This document shows, in pieces, positions 58,905 through 64,000 of a DNA stretch of 64,000 bases. The notes beneath the pieces were generated by a model, which made no database searches, was not told where the DNA came from, and was given only the letters and a program-made list of their open reading frames with translations. This stretch comes from an uncultured SAR86 cluster bacterium. GTDB lineage: Bacteria > Pseudomonadota > Gammaproteobacteria > Magnimaribacterales > D2472. Positions within the stretch are counted from its first letter, which is position 1. Each line of letters starts with the position of its first letter. Where the stretch lies: contig CACEAR010000001.1 in the NCBI GenBank assembly GCA_902557575.1, forward strand, positions 262,685-326,684, written 5' to 3'. The translations under genes were made by a program, and so were the position numbers.

Positions 58905-60070
58905 AGTTAAGATCATGGCAAGCTGAAGCATTTCCTCTTTGGTGGGATAAACAACAAGGCATCATTAAAGTTGTTACCGGTGGAGGAAAAACATTTTTTG
59001 CCATTCACTGCATTAAAGAATATCTAAAGGCTTCTCCTAAAAAGGATATATTGATCGTTGTTCCATCAATTGCTCTCCTTGATCAATGGAATGAGGCTCT
59101 TTTAGAAAATAATGTAAATCAAGAAATTGTCCTCAATGGTGGCGGAGAAAAAGTTGATAAGTCAGCAAAAATTATTGTAACCACTATCGACTCCCTTAAA
59201 AATATTCTAGGCATAGTAAATGCAGAAAACTCCCTGCTCATTGTTGATGAATGCCATAAGATTGGAACTGAGAAGAGAGGGGATATGCTCAACAATAACT
59301 GGTCAGCAACTCTTGGATTATCTGCAACACCAGAAAGAGATTACGATGATAATTTCTATGTAATTATTAAAAAAATCCTCGGAGACATAATATTTGAATA
59401 CGACTATATTGATGCAAGAGATGATGAAGTAATTGTAAATTTTAGCCTTCTTTATGCCTATGCACCTTTATTGAAAGAAGAAGAAAAGAAATATGAAAAC
59501 TTTAGTAAATCTATCAGGAGAAGGGCTGCCACAATTGGCGGCCACAATATGGACGATTATCCACTTAAGATGCATGTGTTTAATAGGGCGCGCCTAATTA
59601 AAAATTCAAAAAATAGAATTCCATATGGCGTTGATTTAATACAAAAATATAAAAGAGAGAGTTGGATAGTTTTTACCGAAAATAAAAAACAGGCTAAGGA
59701 ATTTAACAAAATTATAAATACTAAGGGTTTTAAGTCTGCTCTATACAACACTGATTTAGATAGCACAGAAAGATTAGAAAACTTAAATAAGTTTAAAAAA
59801 GCTGACCTTAATGTATTGGTTACTTGTACTGCTCTAGATGAAGGTTTTGATATGCCAGAGGCAGATGGAGCACTTATATTAAGTGCCTCATCAAGTAAAA
59901 GGCAAAGAGTTCAGAGAATGGGTAGAGTTTTAAGAATCACTGAGAACAAACCAAATGCACTGATAGTGACAGTTTATTCATCAAAGACAGAATTTGATAA
60001 ACTCATGGAAGAAGCAAAGAGATATCATAAAGAGGGAGTGCCAGTTTCCTGGAAAAGACAAGATAGATAG
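58901..60070 (+). CDS. superfamily-2 DEAH-box helicase core (ResIII/XPB-like), no accessory domains
   Basis: Q-like LRSWQAEA, Walker A TGGGKT, Walker B DECH, motif III SATPER, and motif VI QRMGRVLR. TTG start at 58901 overlaps the trpC TGA (TTGA). The next in-frame Met lies beyond Walker A. Confidence 0.75.
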   Translation: MKLRSWQAEAFPLWWDKQQGIIKVVTGGGKTFFAIHCIKEYLKASPKKDILIVVPSIALLDQWNEALLENNVNQEIVLNGGGEKVDKSAKIIVTTIDSLKNILGIVNAENSLLIVDECHKIGTEKRGDMLNNNWSATLGLSATPERDYDDNFYVIIKKILGDIIFEYDYIDARDDEVIVNFSLLYAYAPLLKEEEKKYENFSKSIRRRAATIGGHNMDDYPLKMHVFNRARLIKNSKNRIPYGVDLIQKYKRESWIVFTENKKQAKEFNKIINTKGFKSALYNTDLDSTERLENLNKFKKADLNVLVTCTALDEGFDMPEADGALILSASSSKRQRVQRMGRVLRITENKPNALIVTVYSSKTEFDKLMEEAKRYHKEGVPVSWKRQDR

Positions 60071-60697
60071 TTAAATATAATGACTTGTAGAAGTCATTAC
60101 TTTAGCTGTGAGCTCCATTACTTTCTTAGTAGGACTTTGTAACTCTTCAGCTCCAGATTCATTTGCTTGACCAGCATGCAAATCTTCGTCTTCTTGCATA
60201 GTTTTTAATATTTCAATTGTCTCTTTATCATTCTCAGAGATTTTATCTAAATGTCTTTGGAGGTGTTTCACCACCTGTTTCTCAGTCTCTTCAACAAAAC
60301 CTAAACTAGTTTTTTCTCCTAAAGATCCAAAAATTGCTCCAATTGCAAATGATCCTGCATACCAAATAGGATTTAGAACTGAAGGTTTTCCATCAAGCTC
60401 ATCCAATCTTTTTTTACACCAAATTAAATGATCAGTCTCTTCATCGCCAGCATGTATCAGGTGCTCTTTTATTTCAGGATCTTTGCAAACCATTGCCTGT
60501 CCTCTATAAAGAGCTTGTGCAGCAACTTCACCTGCTAAATTTACTCTCATTAGAGCTTCTGAAAGTTTTCTTTCAGATTCTGATAGATTTACATCATTGG
60601 ATTCTCTATCTGCAGGATAATCCCTATCAGTTCCACTTTTCTTATAAGAAAGAGTTTTCAAAGCTATGTCTAATTCATTTACAAATTTATTAATCAT
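60071..60697 (-). CDS. coq7: demethoxyubiquinone hydroxylase (di-iron carboxylate, Coq7 family)
   Basis: RVNLAGEVAAQALYRGQ, DEETDHL, FVEETEKQVVKHL and EDEDLHAG are the paired ExxH di-iron motifs of Coq7. Confidence 0.85.
   Translation of the reverse strand: MINKFVNELDIALKTLSYKKSGTDRDYPADRESNDVNLSESERKLSEALMRVNLAGEVAAQALYRGQAMVCKDPEIKEHLIHAGDEETDHLIWCKKRLDELDGKPSVLNPIWYAGSFAIGAIFGSLGEKTSLGFVEETEKQVVKHLQRHLDKISENDKETIEILKTMQEDEDLHAGQANESGAEELQSPTKKVMELTAKVMTSTSHYI
60078..60099. terminator. weak AT-rich hairpin at the convergent helicase/coq7 junction
   Basis: TAATGACTT-GTAG-AAGTCATTA forms a 9-bp stem 8 nt after the helicase stop. It sits inside the last codons of coq7 and has only 2 GC pairs, so function is uncertain. 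Confidence 0.3.
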
Positions 60698-61964
60698 TCT
60701 TCAATCCTTTTTTCCCAATATCACTTCTGAAGAACATGCCCTCAAAGTTAATTTTAGGGATTGCATTATACGCATTATCTATAGCAATTTCTAAGGTCTC
60801 ACCTAAAGCTGTCATACAAAAAACTCTACCACCCGATGTGAGAATCTTATTATCTACAAATTTTGTACCTGCATGAAACAATTTCTCATTTTCACTGAAA
60901 TGATTTTTTATATCTATTTCCATATCTGTTTCATAATCTTCTGGATAGCCTGACGATGCTAAAACTACTCCACAAGAGTGCATTGATGACCATTCAACTT
61001 GATGGGCATTAAGTTTTTTATTAATCGCATCAAGACATAAATTTGTAAGGCTAGATTCTAATCTGAGCATAATTGGCTGAGTTTCTGGATCGCCAAACCT
61101 ACAATTAAATTCTAAGACTTTTATCTCATCTCCTTCTATCATTAGGCCAGCATATAAAAAACCAAGATAGGGAAATCCTTCAGCCTTTAATCCATTCATT
61201 GTTGGAAGCATAACCTCATCGATAACTCTTTTGTGAATCTCATCTGTGACAATTGGAGCAGGGGAGTAAGCACCCATACCTCCAGTATTTAATCCAACAT
61301 CTCCATCTCCAACAGCTTTATGATCTTGGCTTGTTGCAAGAGGAATAATTTGATCATCACTGACAACAGCAATAAAGCTTGCTTCCTCTCCATTTAAAAA
61401 GTCTTCGATTACCACTCTATTTCCAGCATCTCCAAAGGCATTTGATTCAAATATATCTTCAAGGGCTTTTTCTGCAGCTTCTCGATCATCACAAATAATA
61501 ACTCCCTTTCCAGCAGCAAGGCCATCAGCTTTTACAACCGATGGGAAATCAATCTTGTCGAGGTACTTCAGGGCATCATGATGATTATCAAAAGACTTGT
61601 AATTTGCTGTAGGTATACCATATTTTATAAAAAAGTCCTTCGCGAAGGTTTTTGATCCCTCTAGCTGAGCAGCTCCCTTTCTGGGCCCAAACACTTTTAT
61701 ATTTTTAGACTCAAGAAAGTCAACCAAACCATTAACTAGAGGATCTTCAGGACCGACAATTACAAGTTCAATATTATTTGAAACACAGAAGTTAGAGACA
61801 TCCTCATTGTTATTTATATCCAAGGAAATATTCTCTATTTTTTCTTCAAGAAATGTTCCTGCATTGCCTGGAGCAACGTAAACCTTTTCAACAAATTTAT
61901 CAGTAGAGCACTTCCATGCCAAAGCATGCTCTCTTCCTCCTGAACCAATTACTAAGATTTTCAT
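60690..61964 (-). CDS. purD: phosphoribosylamine-glycine ligase
   Basis: MKILVIGSGGREHALAWK, ATP-grasp blocks, and C-terminal TSGGRV. Confidence 0.95.
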   Translation of the reverse strand: MKILVIGSGGREHALAWKCSTDKFVEKVYVAPGNAGTFLEEKIENISLDINNNEDVSNFCVSNNIELVIVGPEDPLVNGLVDFLESKNIKVFGPRKGAAQLEGSKTFAKDFFIKYGIPTANYKSFDNHHDALKYLDKIDFPSVVKADGLAAGKGVIICDDREAAEKALEDIFESNAFGDAGNRVVIEDFLNGEEASFIAVVSDDQIIPLATSQDHKAVGDGDVGLNTGGMGAYSPAPIVTDEIHKRVIDEVMLPTMNGLKAEGFPYLGFLYAGLMIEGDEIKVLEFNCRFGDPETQPIMLRLESSLTNLCLDAINKKLNAHQVEWSSMHSCGVVLASSGYPEDYETDMEIDIKNHFSENEKLFHAGTKFVDNKILTSGGRVFCMTALGETLEIAIDNAYNAIPKINFEGMFFRSDIGKKGLKND

Positions 61965-61967
61965 TTG

Positions 61968-63503
61968 TTAATGCCTGAAATGTCTTACGCCAGTAAAAAC
62001 CATGACCATTTTATGTTCGTTTGCAGCATCTATAACTTCTTGATCTCTGACAGACCCGCCGGGTTGTATTATTGATTTGATTCCACTGCTAGCTGCCTTA
62101 TCAATACCATCCCTGAAAGGAAAGAATGCATCTGATGCCATGCACGATCCTTCAACATTCAAGCCTTCTTCTTTGGCTTTTAAGCTTGCAATTTCAGCAC
62201 TAATAACTCTGCTCATTTGACCTGCTCCAATACCAATCGTTTGTCCATCTTTCGCGAATACAATAGCGTTTGACTTTACGAATTTAGCTACCTTCCAAGC
62301 AAACATAAAATCATCTAATTGCTCCTGGGAAGGTTTAAGATCAGAAACTACTTTTAGATCATCTATAGAAATAATTTTTGTATCCTCATTTTGCACAAGT
62401 ACACCACCTGAAACAACTTTAAACTGATATCCAACCGCGTCTCCATCAAGATCACATCTTAGAACTCTTATATTTTCTTTTTTCTTTAAGACATTTAGGG
62501 CATCTATATCAAACTTAGGAGCAATTATTACTTCAACGAACTGATTTTCCAGTATTTCTTCTGCCAAACTTGATTCAAGCACCCTATTAATTGCAATTAT
62601 TCCACCAAAAGCTGAAGTTGGATCAGTTTGAAAAGCTTTTCTATAGGCTGTTTCAATATCTTCAGATTCACTAACTCCACATGGATTAGCATGCTTTACA
62701 ATCACGCATGCAGGCTTTTGGAACTGCTTTAGACATTCCCAAGCAGCATCTGAATCCGCAATATTATTATATGAGAGTTCTTTTCCCTGAAGTATGTCCG
62801 CATTAGCTATATTCTTTTTTTGAGAAGAATCTTTTAAATATAGTTTTGCTTTTTGATGGGGATTTTCCCCATATCTTAAAACTTTTGGATTAGATAAATC
62901 CATAATTATATTTTCATCATTTTCTGAATCTATGTATTGATGAATTGCTCTATTGTATTGGCTCATTTTTTTAAATACTTTTGCAGCTTGTTTTTTTCTG
63001 AATTCGTAACTAATACCAATCTTTGAATCCCATTCACTAATCATTTCCTCATAGTCGTTTGGATCAGACAAAACCAATACATCTTTGAAGTTTTTTGCTG
63101 CTGCCCTGATCATTGTTGGACCACCGATATCAATTTGCTCTATTGCTTCTTCAAACGAACATCCAGATTTTATTGTTTCCTCAAAGGGATACAAGTTAAC
63201 AACAACGATATCAATCTCTTTATAACCCATTGATTTCAATACATCTGTATCTTCTCCTCGACGAGCCAATATGCCAGCATGTATTTTTGGATGAAGTGTT
63301 TTTACTCTTCCATCCATCATTTCTTTATGTCCAGTATATTCTGAGACCTCTATTACATTGTCAGTAATTTTTTTGATTGCTTTATATGTCCCCCCAGTAG
63401 AAATGATTTCTACATTTCTCTCTAAAAGGAATGAAACTAAAAGATCTAAATTAGTTTTATCAGAGAGGCTTACCAAGGCTGACTTAGGCGAAATATTTTT
63501 CAC
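61968..63503 (-). CDS. purH: bifunctional AICAR transformylase/IMP cyclohydrolase
   Basis: ALVSLSDKT, STGGT, GRVKTLHP, NLYPF, DIGGPTMIRAAAKN, and a C-terminal RHFRH. Confidence 0.95.
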   Translation of the reverse strand: MKNISPKSALVSLSDKTNLDLLVSFLLERNVEIISTGGTYKAIKKITDNVIEVSEYTGHKEMMDGRVKTLHPKIHAGILARRGEDTDVLKSMGYKEIDIVVVNLYPFEETIKSGCSFEEAIEQIDIGGPTMIRAAAKNFKDVLVLSDPNDYEEMISEWDSKIGISYEFRKKQAAKVFKKMSQYNRAIHQYIDSENDENIIMDLSNPKVLRYGENPHQKAKLYLKDSSQKKNIANADILQGKELSYNNIADSDAAWECLKQFQKPACVIVKHANPCGVSESEDIETAYRKAFQTDPTSAFGGIIAINRVLESSLAEEILENQFVEVIIAPKFDIDALNVLKKKENIRVLRCDLDGDAVGYQFKVVSGGVLVQNEDTKIISIDDLKVVSDLKPSQEQLDDFMFAWKVAKFVKSNAIVFAKDGQTIGIGAGQMSRVISAEIASLKAKEEGLNVEGSCMASDAFFPFRDGIDKAASSGIKSIIQPGGSVRDQEVIDAANEHKMVMVFTGVRHFRH

Positions 63504-63769
63504 TTTATAATTCCGTATTTTTTTAGTTTTGTTCTAAAAGTACCTCTATTGATGCCAAGGATCTTTGCTGCTTTGGATTGATTATTATTTGTATGCTGCA
63601 GAATAAAATTAAATAATGGAGTTTCAACCTCACGCATAACTAAGTCATAAACATCTCTGGGTTCCTGCGAGTCTAAACTTTTAAAATATAGTTTTAGGGC
63701 CTTTTTTACATCCTCATTAAGACTTTTGTTTTTGCTTACTAAAACTTTCTTATTTTCTTTCAAATGCAA
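63500..63769 (-). CDS. fis: DNA-binding protein Fis
   Basis: C-terminal HTH NQSKAAKILGINRGTFRTKLKKYGI. The fis-purH-purD order matches Pseudomonas. Confidence 0.85.
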   Translation of the reverse strand: MHLKENKKVLVSKNKSLNEDVKKALKLYFKSLDSQEPRDVYDLVMREVETPLFNFILQHTNNNQSKAAKILGINRGTFRTKLKKYGIIK

Positions 63770-63826
63770 AAAAATTATTAATTGATCTTGTAGTTTACAA
63801 TTGATTAAAAAATGATCAATACTACT

Positions 63827-63999
63827 TCATACATTTATGATAGTTTTTTCAACATCCCTCATAGAGATCACAGAGATTTTTCCATTTTCCACTTCAATTT
63901 CGGTTATTGAAGCATTGTCTGGATAAAAATGTAACAACCTATCTTTTTTGATTGCATAGCCAACAAGAACATTTATGACCATGAAGTGGCAAAAAATTA
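63827..63999 (-). CDS. C-terminal 57 codons of an unidentified protein (gene runs off the right edge)
   Basis: Hand translation of the minus strand is open from the edge to TGA 63829-63827: ...NFLPLHGHKCSCCYAIKKDRLLHFYPDNASITEIEVENGKISVISMRDVEKTIINV. No family recognised. Confidence 0.3.
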   Translation of the reverse strand, partial: IFCHFMVINVLVGYAIKKDRLLHFYPDNASITEIEVENGKISVISMRDVEKTIINV

Positions 64000-64000
64000 T

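Noticed and set aside
58901-60070. The helicase as part of an anti-phage defence system or restriction-modification system.
   Set aside because: No adjacent methyltransferase, nuclease, ATPase partner, DUF or toxin gene. It is flanked by trpC and coq7, and its composition resembles the rest of the window. A lone helicase core is insufficient evidence.
1-63999. CRISPR arrays, IS elements, REP-type dispersed repeats, rRNA genes, or other ncRNAs (tmRNA, RNase P, 6S).
   Set aside because: Apart from 24544-24895, no intergenic region exceeds about 85 nt. I saw no spaced direct repeats, no transposase- or integrase-like translations, and no rRNA-like sequence.

Overview
AT-rich (about one-third GC by eye, not computed), very gene-dense chromosomal segment of a gammaproteobacterium. 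I count about 80 protein genes and one tRNA-Phe. I saw no rRNA, CRISPR array, transposase, integrase or prophage genes. Gene order closely parallels the Pseudomonas core region: rpsU/tsaD-folB-folK, cca, apaH-rsmA-pdxA-surA-lptD next to amgK-murU, rpe and trpE. It also carries fis-purH-purD, lgt-thyA, gcvT-H-P, yicC-gmk-rpoZ-spoT-ridA, rph-pyrE, mutY-yggX and ubiCA. Neighbouring genes very often overlap by 1-17 nt and intergenic space is minimal, which suggests a streamlined marine lineage (SAR86-like is only a guess). Most of the window is ordinary housekeeping DNA, and I do not see a convincing, entirely new multi-gene system. The items most worth a second look are listed here. (1) Two tandem glutamine-riboswitch (glnA RNA motif) aptamers sit in the only long intergenic region, upstream of a eukaryote-type GSII glutamine synthetase. 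(2) A four-gene cluster (FAD amine-oxidase-like, DUF1365, two CFA-synthase-like methyltransferases) resembles the singlet-oxygen/furan-fatty-acid module, and its first gene appears to start at CTG. (3) A minimal SF2 helicase is translationally coupled to trpC. (4) A block of secreted and redox proteins of unknown role lies next to tRNA-Phe. (5) An untracked rubredoxin gene is coupled to a transporter. All protein calls come from reading the supplied translations for family motifs and from synteny. No searches were run.
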